Below, one piece after another: positions 39,329 to 51,738 of a stretch of 64,000 bases of DNA (its first letter is position 1; every line of letters begins with the position of its first letter). The notes beneath the pieces are model-generated. The model ran no database searches. It worked only from the letters and a program-made list of their open reading frames with translations, and was not told the DNA's origin. Source of the DNA: Eledone cirrhosa (Eukaryota); the NCBI GenBank assembly GCA_964016885.1, contig OZ024743.1:62372001-62436000 (forward strand). Direction: 5' to 3'. The position numbers and the translations under genes are program-made.

Positions 39329-40043
39329 TCCTAATCTAATCTTTTTTTTTTTTTTTTTTTAAATCCTAAGACTGTTTTTTTCTTTGGGGTGGAAGGGGGT
39401 TATAAAATTATTTTTTAAAATTCATGCTAAAACAAATAAGTGTCAATAACAGACATGGGAAATAAGTCATTTCTCACTCTTGGTACGGCTGATACCTAAA
39501 TATAAGTATGTATACGTACATACATATATGTGTACAGACGCACCGAACATTATATACATATATGTGTACAAACAAACCGACCATTATAATAAATGTTCGG
39601 TAAACCCATACGTACATATATATGTGTGCATGTATGTATATATATATACATACTACTGTGCGTCTGTACACATATGTATGTACGTATACATATTTATATA
39701 TATATATATATCTTTGTCAAAATTGACCTAATGTCCAATAAATAAATAATTGATTAAAGATATGCAGTATGGAGTGGCAAGACCCATTCATTAGCAACGT
39801 GGAGTCCTAACCTCAAAATATGAAATATAAAGTAAAAGTGTAAAGTATTGTTTTATATTTTTCTTACTTTACTTTATTCTTATTTTCACTCTCATATTTC
39901 TAATTTGCATTTCCCAAAACAATCATAACCACATATTTCACAAAGCTACATATAAACTATACTGTTTTATTTATTAGATATTTTTACTCACTGTATTCAA
40001 TATTATGGACTTGACTTTAACTTATGTTTATTATTGATATTAG

Positions 40044-40172
40044 TCTGCAGTCCTGGGTTCTTTGGAATTGGTTGTCAGCATCGATGTCGATGTCTAAATA
40101 AAGGAGATTGTAACCCAATCAGCGGTTCATGCAACTGTCAAAATGGTTGGATGGGAAATTCCTGTGAAAAAC
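40044..40172 (+). CDS. MEGF6: MEGF6-like EGF exon (VCSPGFFGIGC...SCEK)
   Basis: attAG / gtaagt, 129 nt, phase 1-1. Confidence 0.9.
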
Positions 40173-41967
40173 GTAAGTCTATTTCATTTCCATTTTATTG
40201 CTATCAATCTCATTGTTTGACTAATTCACTGATTGTTAGTTTATTATTATTATTTGTCTAGTTTTTGTCTGTATCTATTTTGTATCTATTTTAATTCTCT
40301 GTTGAGGAACAATAGTCCAAAATGTTAGACTTCTCACTTACCAAGATTCTTTGTGTGGAAGACACTTTTTTTTTACCCAAAATAAACCTGGAAAAATTTA
40401 TCCTGCATCTTGAAGGCTGAATGTTACATTAGTCAGGGGTTTAAACTTTTTTTTTTTTAATTTAGCAGTTCAAAGAGTGACAAGGTTCTTGAGGAAACTT
40501 TAGGCATTAAAATGAACTGGCTAGTCTGTTCCAGAGGACTTCCGCTCTCACTCTGATTGATTGACAAGATCCCAGACCTCATTCACTTGCCAAGTGGGGT
40601 GGACCTTGTCAAATCGGACCAAGGAAACAATGTTTCCATTGATCTTTCAATTGCTGATACTATCTTACCTGTCACAATCCCTTGCAGAAAGAGCAATGTA
40701 AAAATAAAGTGTCTTGCTGAAGGAGACAACGCATCACCCGGTCCGAGAATTGAACTCGCAACCTCACGATTGCAAATCCAACTCTCTAACCACTAAGCCA
40801 CGTGCCTTCACCAGTTGCTATGGATAATTTCCAGAAATCCCTGGCCTGGCAGTGCTATTAGGGCACACTACCAATTCAAGATACACTCTGTACAGATATG
40901 GAATTGCTGTTAGACAAGCCTGTTCTAGATGCACACACAACTATGAAACCATTGCTGACTTATGAAGTTTTGTCAAACAGTTGTTGCTGCACCCAGAACA
41001 GTTCTAGCTGCTGACCAGTTCCATAGTGAAGATTGCCCCACCACCTTTTGGGGGCCAAGAAGGGCAGGCAATTTTCCTGTCTGGTGACTATAGCGAAAAG
41101 GGTTGTGTGGGGACATATCTGAAAGGACTAAAGACAGGCACATTCCTTTTCAGCCAAGCCCTCATTGACTTTTCAGGAAGTAAGTTCTGCCACGCAGTAT
41201 AGTTGTTAACATGTGGATTAATGTAACATGAATGAGCCTACAGGCTCTAGAAAATAGAGGAGAGATGGGCACTTGTGTATGGTGCCCTTGGTGATCAAGG
41301 TGAGTTCTATAATTACCACTGGGTGGGCCTCCCCATCATTTTGGGAATTCTGTTGTTATATATTTAGTGATACTTTGTATTTTTTCAGTTTACTCATTTG
41401 ATGTAAATCCCCTCTGTCCTAGTTTATTTCTATTGTCCTTAATGTTTTCGACTCCAATGGCCAATAAAGAAATTATCATTAGTATTAATGTTATTGTTAT
41501 TGTGTTGGATATTATGCTTTGCAGCACAGAGTTATGTCGCTTTACGGTCTGAGTTCAAATCCCGCCGAGGCTGACTTTGCCTTTCATTCTTATGGGGTCA
41601 ATAAAATAAAGTACTGCTAACGAACAGGGGTCAACTTAATCGACTTCCCCTCCCCTACAATTGTTGGCCTTGTGCCTAACTCAGAGACCATTATTATGTT
41701 ATTATGTATAGTTAGGACAGTAGATATAATTACTAGATCTTCTACAGCCTGTCAGGTCTCAACAATGACCTTAGGCAGACTGATTTCCTGAAGATATGAG
41801 CAGTGCCCAACAGGGTAGTCTTTTGTAGGAGAGCAATTTATGACTTGAAGTCTATTTGCTTAAGATACCCTATAAATATTAGTGATATCAAGCCCAAATC
41901 TTTGATGACAATTGGAATTATGTTGATGTTGTTAGGTGGTATCAACCACATTCATACAATTTCAGCT

Positions 41968-42061
41968 GAGGTTAACTTTGCCTTTCATCCTTATGGGGTC
42001 GATAAAATAAAGTACCGGTAATGCACTGGGTAATTGCTGGCCTTGTGCCTAACGTAGAAAC

Positions 42062-42099
<38 letters not shown>
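41968..42099 (+). mobile_element. 5'-truncated SINE A inserted at a splice acceptor
   Basis: SINE core plus (TTA)n tail flanked by AGCT at 41964-41967 and 42100-42103. Confidence 0.85.
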
Positions 42100-42100
<1 letters not shown>

Positions 42101-42101
42101 G

Positions 42102-42230
42102 CTTGTCCCAGAAATACCTATGGTCCTAACTGTGAGTTGACTTGTGGATGCAACAATGGTGGTGACTGTAATCCAGAAACAGGGGAATGTTCCTGTGAAG
42201 ATGGATACATTGGAAGGTTCTGTCAAGACA
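42102..42230 (+). CDS. MEGF6: MEGF6-like EGF exon (PCPRNTYGPNC...FCQD); acceptor context supplied by a SINE tail
   Basis: (TTA)n-aAG acceptor, A|gtaagt donor, 129 nt, phase 1-1, intact 8-Cys repeat. Confidence 0.85.
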
Positions 42231-43144
42231 GTAAGTTGCAATTTTACCTTGTCTATATGTGTGTATATATATGTATTAAAGTGTATATGTATGTTTTTAT
42301 GTATGTTTGTATGCTTGCATGTATGTATGTGTAAATATGTACATACACATGTACAAATGTTTGTATATGCATGTGTGCATATATGCGTGGGGGCATAGAA
42401 ATAGTTGGGCTGGATACCCGATTGCGCGGTTAAACGACTGGGAGTGAAGGACCCCTAGCCTTTGTCAGGGCATTATTCTAGGAGAAGGCAACTCAGGAAA
42501 CTGGGATAACTCCGATATAAAACCTGTGGCTCAGTAGTTACCAATGATGTTGATCTTTTCATCTTTTCGGGTTATAGTTACTGTCGCTCAGAGAGTGGGA
42601 TTGGCTCAGTGCACAGTCTTTCCTCACTTTAAAAAAAATCTTCACATACAGGCATTGCATGATAGACTTAATTAATAATTATTAACAATGGTATATTGTG
42701 CAATGGCCATACTCGATAACGAGGGAGCAGTCATCATGTATGTATGTATGCATGCACACACACACACGCACGCACGTAAGTTTCAAAAATAGACAAGGCA
42801 AACCTAAAGGAAGCAAAAACACAAAGCCTTATTAGTTTCATGTTTGAAAAGAAGTAAATGAGGGTTTTGACATATCGGACATAGGTCCTTCCTTGGGAAA
42901 TGGAGAATTTGATGAGAGAGAGAAGAGGTTGGAACAACAGAGTTTGGAAAAAAAACTTTTAACAAGGCTGGGGAGGGTAGGTGGGCATCATCATCATCAT
43001 CGTTTAATGTCTATTTTCTATGCTAACATATATATATATATATATATAATGAGGAAGTAGAGGGGGGAGAGAGTGTGTGGAGAGACAATATATACGCCAA
43101 ATGTTAAGGTTCCTCTGTTAATGTCTTGTAATGTTTTCTTCCAG

Positions 43145-43273
43145 AATGTCCAAAAGGTCTCTATGGAGAAAATTGTGAATATAAATGCAAATGTAAGAAC
43201 AATGCCAGTTGTCATCACACATCTGGTCGATGCCAGTGTATGCCAGGATGGAGGGGCAAATACTGTGATAAAA
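43145..43273 (+). CDS. MEGF6: MEGF6-like EGF exon (KCPKGLYGENC...YCDK)
   Basis: ttccAG / gtaagt, 129 nt, phase 1-1. Confidence 0.92.
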
Positions 43274-43574
43274 GTAAGTCATTATCAAGTTTTGGATACA
43301 CTATCTATCTACCTGTATGCCTGTCTTTCTAACTATATGTCTGTCTGTCTATCTCTCTGTTTGTCCATCTTTCTTTCTGTCTCTTTGTCTACTTGCTTAT
43401 CAGTCTGTCTGTCAATCTGCTTAATTGTCTGTCTGCCTATCTGTCTGTCTGTCTACTGACCTATTTATCTATCTGTCTCTCTGTCTTTCTGCTTCTTGGT
43501 CTTTCTATCTGCCTGTCTAGTTGCCTATTTGTCTGAATCTCTGTCTGTCTCCCTATCTATCTGTTTCTCTTTCT

Positions 43575-44252
43575 AATGGAAAAGTGTAAATGAACTAAGA
43601 GAGAAACTGGGCATAAGAAGAATCAGATGCAGTTGTGTTGGTATGGCCATGTGATGCATATGAAGGATCACAGCTGTATAAAAAGGTGCAGGGCAATCAA
43701 AGTTGATGAAAGCTATGGAGTAGGAAGACCTAGAATAAAGTGATAAAATCATACCTTGCACAATTACAACTCTCAAAGGCGATGACACAGGATTAAGATC
43801 TTTGGCATTCTTCAGTAATACAGAAGACCTGCCTTCTCGTGCGCACGGGTTGAGACATGCATCTAGTATGCACCACTTAACCTCTATCTTCCCTCCTCCC
43901 TTCCAAACATGTCCCACACCCTAACACTTCACCCACATCCTAATCACCCTACCCTTCTCCCACACTTTTACACCCCTTACCCAGTCCCCAGTCCACATAG
44001 TAAAGTGGTCATGTTGGTATCATGACAAAAAGCACCTAGCCCATACTGTAAAGTGGTCATTATGGTGCCACAATAAAAGGCACCCAGTCCACCCTGTAAT
44101 GTGGTTGGCATTAGGAAGGGCATCCAGCCATAGAAACCAATCCAGAAACAGTTCTGTATGAGCAAGACATGATCATCTGACCTGACTTGCTTCAAATGGG
44201 ACAACCCGTCTAACCCATGCTAGCATGGAAAATAGTGGTTAAATGATGATGA
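43575..44252 (+). mobile_element. Decayed RTE 3' fragment and UTR
   Basis: VNELREKLGIR-like translation; UTR motif GGTTGGCATTAGGAAGGGCATCCAGC and tail AACCCATGCTAGCATGGAAAA. Confidence 0.75.
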
Positions 44253-44880
44253 TATATATATATATACAATTTGGAAAAGACACCCCTGTGTCCCATCATT
44301 TCTGATCCCCCAACCAATCTATTCAACACTTCTCTGTCTCTGGTATCATTTTACACAACTCCACACACTCACAGTAACCAGTTCAGTTCCAGCCTAATGC
44401 ACATCCATTCACAGCTTTGCACAGACAAATAAACAAACCAACATGCGCACACACTTGTCCACTCAAAATATTCAAAGATCATCTCCCTTTCAAAACCTCA
44501 CTAATATCTAAGGTACCCACTGACCAAAATTTCTCAAAAATGGCTGACTGAACACGCATGCTTTTTCACTAAATTTTTTTTTCTCTTTTCACACTCTATC
44601 TTTCTATTTCATCTTTTATTTTTTATTCTATCCATTCTATCTTCTGATTAGTGTCCAAAACGTTAATACTCTTTTCCTACTATAGCAAGAGTTAAACTAA
44701 TATATTTCTTTATTGTACTGTGTTGTTTGCTTTGTTGTTTCCGTTTATTTTTGACACACTCACATACATATATCATCATCATATGTCCATTTTTCCACCC
44801 TAGCATGATATATATATATATATACATGCAAGTGTATGTCAGAAGACTTTATTGAATTTTCCTCTTCTTTGTTTCTTCAG

Positions 44881-45009
44881 TCTGTCTTCCAGGATCATAT
44901 GGTGAAGATTGTTCTGAACCATGCAACTGTTCTGGTGGTGAACCCTGTGACCATATTACTGGCAAATGTGGATGTCCACCTGGCTATAGGGGCTATGGAT
45001 GTCATCAAA
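44881..45009 (+). CDS. MEGF6: MEGF6-like EGF exon (ICLPGSYGEDC...GCHQ)
   Basis: ttcttcAG / gtaagt, 129 nt, phase 1-1. Confidence 0.92.
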
Positions 45010-45688
45010 GTAAGTAAACACTTAATATCTACCTTATTTATGATTCTGCTAGTGGTGAAGGTGCTGTTATATCCTCATGTAAGACACTTCATTTCACATG
45101 GTAATAAATATTATATAACTGAATGTACACACCAGTACACTCTGTAAAGTGGTTGGCATTAGACAGGCATCCAGCTATAGAAACCATGTCCAAGAAAGGG
45201 TTAAGAGGACCCTTCAGTTGTGTCAAGGATGTGACAACCTCCCTAGTACCAGTACCATGATAATATGCACTCTGTCTAGTCTGTAAAGTGCCGGAGTGTA
45301 TATGAGATACAGTATCTTAACATTTTGGGTCATCATCATCATCAATTAACGTCTATCTTCTATGCTAGCATGGGTTAGATGGGTCCCATTTAGAGGCAAG
45401 TTGGGTCTGGATGCCCTTCTTAACGCCAACCACATTGACAGTGTAAGCTGGATGCTTTTTGCTGTGTTTTTACACATCCACTTTATGGTTCTTATATAAA
45501 ATTATGTTGAAAGATTTAATTTAATTAGGAACCCTATAAAATGGGTTGTTTTGTTTCATAGAACCAGAGCTGGTTTTGGCTGGGCTAGTATCAACAAGGG
45601 CTAAGAAATACTTTCAACTATAAATTAGAAACAAATTAAATTTTTAATGTATTTATTAAATTTTCTTAATTTTTTTTTTTCATTGTAG

Positions 45689-45817
45689 CATGTTCACCAC
45701 GCACCTTTGGTGCTGGATGCAAGAAGAAATGCAACTGTGGTCGAAAATCAGTCTGTGACCACGTCACTGGCAAATGCATGTGTAAATCTGGACGTAAGGG
45801 CAAAGACTGCAACAGAA
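45689..45817 (+). CDS. MEGF6: MEGF6-like EGF exon (TCSPRTFGAGC...DCNR); last confident exon in the window
   Basis: ttgtAG / gtaaga, 129 nt, phase 1-1. Confidence 0.92.
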
Positions 45818-46419
45818 GTAAGATAATTATTTCTACTGATTTACTCTGAGTAAAATAATGACAGAATTTATATTACTAATACATTCACTCATACAGACTC
45901 ACACATGTACATACAGGCATGCGCACATAGAAACATACATATGTACATGCATGCATACACATACATAAACACACACCTGCACATGCATCTATACACATGC
46001 ATGTTTACACAATCACTCACATACTCATTAATACATACATGCATGCAGGCATATAAACACAGATACATCAATACACACACATTCATGTTTACACACACCT
46101 AGATGCATGTAGACATGCTCGCTTGTGCATACATACACATATACACACACAAGTGTATGTGTAGAAGTTATACATGGTTGTAAAGAATTCCAGTAAAAAC
46201 AATTGCATGTGTAATTCTGTTTTTTGGTAAACTAACCTGATTCTTGGCAAAACTACTCCATAGATGTATTCTTGTAGGTTCTTAATTCTTGTGATTAATT
46301 TCAATTGATTCACAGAAAAATTCTTCATTCAGACAATTTCTTAATCAATACCAACTTGGTAGAAGACGATTTGGCAAAGTTGTTAGAATGTCACATAGAA
46401 TGCTTTGCAGAATTCATTA

Positions 46420-46650
46420 TCATCATCGATTTTATGTTCGTTTTTTCCACGTCTGCATGGGTTGGACGGGTCCTTTTCAGCACAGCATCTCTCCACTCAC
46501 TGCGTTTCTTCGACATCTCCTCTGTGAGTCTTAGTGATTTGAAGTCAGTTCTCACCTCTTCTGCCCAGGTCTACCTCTACTGCGACTTCCATCCACTGGC
46601 ATTTCCTGGCACTACTTTACCCCTTGATCATCGTCCATGCACATTACATG
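46420..46650 (-). mobile_element. RTE 3' end fragment
   Basis: Reverse complement resembles 34260-34490. Confidence 0.7.
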
Positions 46651-46744
46651 TAAACTTTCTGAGCTTTGAGTTCGGATCATGCTGAAGAAACTTTGCCTTT
46701 CATTGTTTTGAGATTGAAAAATAAAGTAACCATGCAATACTGTG

Positions 46745-46751
<7 letters not shown>

Positions 46752-46826
<75 letters not shown>
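46752..46826. repeat. (CT)n microsatellite
   Basis: Directly visible. Confidence 0.95.
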
Positions 46827-46829
<3 letters not shown>

Positions 46830-48914
46830 GGCTGTGTTTAGACCTGAAGAGGGATGAACTCCACCAGTTTTAAATGCCTAAGACACACTGTGTGTCATGG
46901 CACCCCTCCAACAACATTAGGAGGTCATTGCCCATGGGTGGCAACTGATTGGCAGAATTTCATTACAATAGTCTCTTGTGGCTATATTGTTAAAAAGTTT
47001 GGTCCATAACCATATGGTTTCTGGTTCAATCTCACTATGGGATACTTTCAGCAAGTATCTTCTAATATAGCCTCAAATTGACCTATGATTTGCTAAATGG
47101 AGACTGTGCAGAAGGTCATCATATATATATATATTGGAAAAAGTATGACCCCGACGGCAGAGCTCAAGCCGTTTCGACGGCTATTTCTACCCTAAGTATT
47201 GAGTACTCTGGTGCGTTATGGTCCATCTGCTTCCTTACCACAATTCCTTTGTTATATATATATACACACAGTTACAAAAGAAAAGCTTGCATGACTAAAT
47301 CGTTAGAATATGAATTCAAATAGGGGTGCACAGGACAGAGACAGTGGAAAAGCGACAGAAAGACAGTCAACCTCTGGAAATCACTACGGTTTCTGGGAAT
47401 TAAGGTTGATACCATTCATTCCAGTGCACATGTGAACATAGCAAAACAGGTAGACAGGTAGAGACAAGTCATTCCTTTAGGCGAATTACACAAATACAGA
47501 AGAAATAGCATCTAAAGTACATCAACTGACAAAGAAGACACAGAACAGTGTGCAAGGGATTAGCCAAAGCAGAGAAAAATATAGAAAGGTGAGAAATAGT
47601 AAAACAGAAAAGAATAGTCCAACTTGCAGAGAAAGAGAAATTACATTGAGGCATAGAAAAGGTAAAGAAGGGAGACTAGAGGAAGACAGACCAGATAGCA
47701 TGATGTCTAATAAATGATAGTTTCAACAACAAAAAATATATATATATTAGTAAAAAGGAGGGAGTAATATATCCTCAAGACAGAGACATAGCCTTGATGC
47801 TTACAACAGTATAGCTAAAGCACTCAATGGTCAGGTGGTGGTGTTAAACCAGGTAACAGATTAAGTCTACCACCCAACTAAGCTACCACGGGATTTCAAA
47901 AAATTCTGGATTGATACTTTATTTATTGACAACTGAAGGATGAAAGGAAAAGTTAACCTTGGCAGGATTTGAACTGAGAACACAGAGAGTTGGAACAAAC
48001 ACCACAATATATATGATCTGAGGCTTTAATGGTTCTATTAATTCACTACCTAACTAAATAGAGATGTATTAGACTTTTCTACTAATTAACTTGTATGTGT
48101 TAGAGAGATTGTTACAGACCAAGTTTGTACTTAATTCAAGCTACTTTCCTCCTTGGTGGGCCAGTGGACCACATCTAACTGAGATACATTCCATTTTGGC
48201 ATTATTTCTAATGCTGGATGCCCTTCCTAATGCCAACCACTTTATAGAGCATACTGGGTGAATTTTATCATGGCACCAGCTCTAGAATGGTTGTCCTACC
48301 CTTGATCGAATTGAATAGATCTCTCTTCCCATTGACCTGATCTCAATGGTTGGAGGGTCTTCCTAATGCTAACCACTTTATAGAATATACAGGGTACATT
48401 TTATTGTAACACTAACACAAGAGGGATTGCTACATCTTTGGCAGGACTGAAGAGTCCTTTATACAAGATATTGTTAACATTCAACTCCTTTTTGTAGTTT
48501 TTTTTTTTAATCTATATTCTACTAATGAACCCTTTATCGGCATACTACAAGTTCACCATTGTTAAGAAATTGTCTATTCTCACAGTACTCTCTCAAAATT
48601 TTATTTTTCCTATTTTTTCTTTTTCCTTTTCCTGTCTTCATGTTTGCCTGCCTTTTTATAATTGCTTTGTGTATTTTTACATACTGCTATATATATAATT
48701 AGTGTGGAGATATGGATATCTATGAACTGTGTGTTAGCTACATCTCCACCACTACCACATTCTCCCCTCCCCATTTAACAGCCCACTTTCAAGGAAGCTT
48801 CCTATGCCTCTGCACTTTAAAACGAATAAAAATAGTTTGGCACACTTTCTAAGTAAAGTAGAAATATAGATAACTAAAAATACAGAAAAAAATAACTTGT
48901 ACTTCCTTCCTTAA

Positions 48915-49327
48915 CCCTTTAGCATTTACATTACTCTATATATACTATTGTATTTTCACAGTAAAGGCTTTACCTCACATAATATCTCACATAACATTTA
49001 CATTACTCTATATATACTATTGTATTTTCATGGTAAAGGCTTTACCTCACATAACATTTACATTACTCTATATATACTATTGTATTTTCATTGTAAAGGC
49101 TTTACCTCACATAACATTTACATTACTCTATATATACTATTGTATTTTCATTGTAAAAGCTTTATCTTTCATAATTATCTCACATACTATTGAATCTATG
49201 AGATTTTAATACTATTTATTTTAAGAACAATACCTTAACATCAGTGTGAGCAACCAGTTATGGCCGGTTTGAAAAGAAAGAGGTGAGAGAATTCTGGCCG
49301 GATACAGCCAGTTTAAATGCTAAAGGG
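48915..49327. mobile_element. piggyBac-type MITE containing a 60-bp tandem repeat
   Basis: TTAA|CCCTTTAGCATTTA ... TAAATGCTAAAGGG|TTAA (14-bp perfect TIR); about four copies of a 60-mer at 48923-49175. Confidence 0.85.
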
Positions 49328-49438
49328 TTAATAATATATGGAGCAAAGCTATCTATGAGAATCTTACAGTTGGTATTTTTGTACTCTATTACTCTATTAT
49401 GTGTTCCAGTTTAGTTGTGCTTCTTACTTTGACAGTTA

Positions 49439-49810
49439 CTCTCGGGTTCCAAATAATAAGGGGTGGGGGTGGGATAAGTGTGGTGGGGGGGGGGCAGTAA
49501 TTTTTCTAGGTTGTCTCCATTGGTTTTTTTTAGAAACCAGAATTATTCGTTTAGTTTACATATTGAGACCCCCAACCCATATTTATTTTATAATGTATGG
49601 GATTTTTTGTAATGTACTTTTTTTGGCATGTATAATGTTTTTTAATGCATAAAGAAAAATGTTGCAGGAATGCTACCACTAAAATTAGTAAGTTTAATAA
49701 GTGTAGGAGTTGGAATAAGAATGGGAGTGGGGTGGAATAAGAGCAGGGAGTGGAGGAAAAATCTGAAAAATTAATAAGGGAGAGCAGGACAATTATTCGA
49801 GACCCAAGAG
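49439..49810. mobile_element. Tc1/pogo-type MITE
   Basis: TA|CTCTCGGGTTCCAAATAAT ... ATTATTCGAGACCCAAGAG|TA. Confidence 0.6.
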
Positions 49811-51503
49811 TACATTTGAGCTTTATTACAAATTTAAATTTGTATTTTTCACATTTTGAAATATAATCTTCCTCTTTTGTGAGACACTAAATTACATTTC
49901 ACAGCGCACAGTTTGGGAACCACTGCTCTAAGCAGGGGTTTGACCTGCTAGAATTAGCTGCAAAATCTCTTTCAAATCACACTCCACCAATTTAAAAAAA
50001 AAGGAATAACATAATAAAAAATGTAGTCCAAGACATCTATAAACATGGGTTCACACCTGCTATAATGTATCTTGAGCAAGTATCTCGTACTATAGTCTTA
50101 GGTTGACTAATGATTGTGATTGGAATTTTGTAGATGGAAACTGCAGAAGTGCAACGTGTATATGTGTGTGTGTGTGCTTATGTTTACATTTGTGTCTGTG
50201 TTTATGTCCTGTAACTTAGTATTCAACAAAAACGAGATTGATACGATAAGTACTGGAATCGATATGATTGATAAAATCAAGATAGTGTCCCAGCTGACCT
50301 CTGTCTAATGACTGAAATCAATAAAATTGTAAACAATGGGATATTTAATAGTCATTTTAGCCATTTAAAACACACACACAAACTGCTTTCTTTACTTTTT
50401 ATTTATTTGATGGTTGACATAGTCACTGATAATTTCTCTACAAATGGAATTGTTATTGACCATGTCACAGAAGTGTGGGGAAAATTTTGACACTATAAAA
50501 TAAATGAAAAGTATTTTTTTGAATGGCTAAAATTATTCTTTCCGTGATGTAATAGTCAGGTCAAGCTTCTGACTGCTTCTTGTATCATGTAACTCAGTAC
50601 AACCTACTTCGTGGTCAAGTGATCAGTAACTAAACTGGCTTCTTCACCAGACCCTGGTCTAGTGAGGAGGGTAAGTGGAACCCCAGCAGCACAAAAAACA
50701 AGAGTTGTTAAAAGGGCAGACAAACTCCTCAGGGTCAACAGCCATCCACTCCAACAATTGGTTAAATAGCCTCACCAACCCACAATTGGCCAAGCATGAT
50801 GAGTACAGTTACACCCCTGACATGACCAAAACCTAACAGAAAGCAGTTGAGGTCAACCAAGGAGAGATTCCTCCAACAGGAATGAGAAGGCCCTGAATTA
50901 GATGTAATTTTTTAAACATTATCTACATCTAACAGAGCCTGGGTGTAGGTATTTAGCTCTATAGGCTAGCTCTACAATGTCAACTGCCTTATCCTAGTTA
51001 TGTGCCCATTCTTTCAAATAAAATAATTTCAGTTTACAGTTAGGTAAGTTAACGAACCTAGTTTTAGATACTACTTGCTCTGATCCCACTAAGAAAATTA
51101 CTAAGTCTGCTGTGTCTACTACACAGTCCAGAATCACCCCTGCCAAATCGTGTACCATAGAACCCTCTCTACTGCTTTGAATATTTCCACATGGCAAAAA
51201 TGTTTAGTAATTTGTTTATTGATCATAGGAATCATTATATATTTCATTTAATTATATACACATTTGTATAAAACTGTGATCCTTTAAAGTTTAGTAATGA
51301 GCATGTTTGAAGTCTGCATCCTAGGCAGCTGTTAAGTTGGCTTTAATGATAACACCAACCCTGCTATCTAGTAATCCTCCAGTCCAGGAAGGTTTACAAA
51401 TTATATGGTTCCTAACTGACCCCTACCATTAAAACAGAAACATCCAGTTGATAGACTTCTATGTAGTTGTAATAACGTTTATTCTGTTTTTCTATTTCTT
51501 TAA

Positions 51504-51738
51504 CCCTTTTGATACAAACCACATGAAACTACTTCTGGTTCTACAATTCAAAACTGATATTGTAAATTGTTTATGTTTATCTAAAAATATTCCATCGTAA
51601 TTTTATGTAAGAACCTTTCTTAAGTTATGCTCCAATTATCAGCTTAATAATATGAAAATTATTTTCATAAATCCCTCCAAATGTTTCATTATTTAAAACC
51701 ATTGACATTCTTTCATGAATAATATTATAACGAAAGGG
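51504..51738. mobile_element. piggyBac-type MITE (relatives near 2420-2650, 6100-6310, 28830-29570, 45480-45600, 54090-54445)
   Basis: TTAA|CCCTTTTGATA ... TAACGAAAGGG|TTAA, with shared internal ctggttcta and aattttatgtaagaa motifs. Confidence 0.75.

Noticed and set aside
14474-45817. MEGF10/11 (Draper) or SCARF as the gene identity
   Set aside because: The long EGF run preceded by a linker, and the irregular repeats, fit recalled MEGF6 better. No transmembrane exon was seen; a BLAST search would be decisive.
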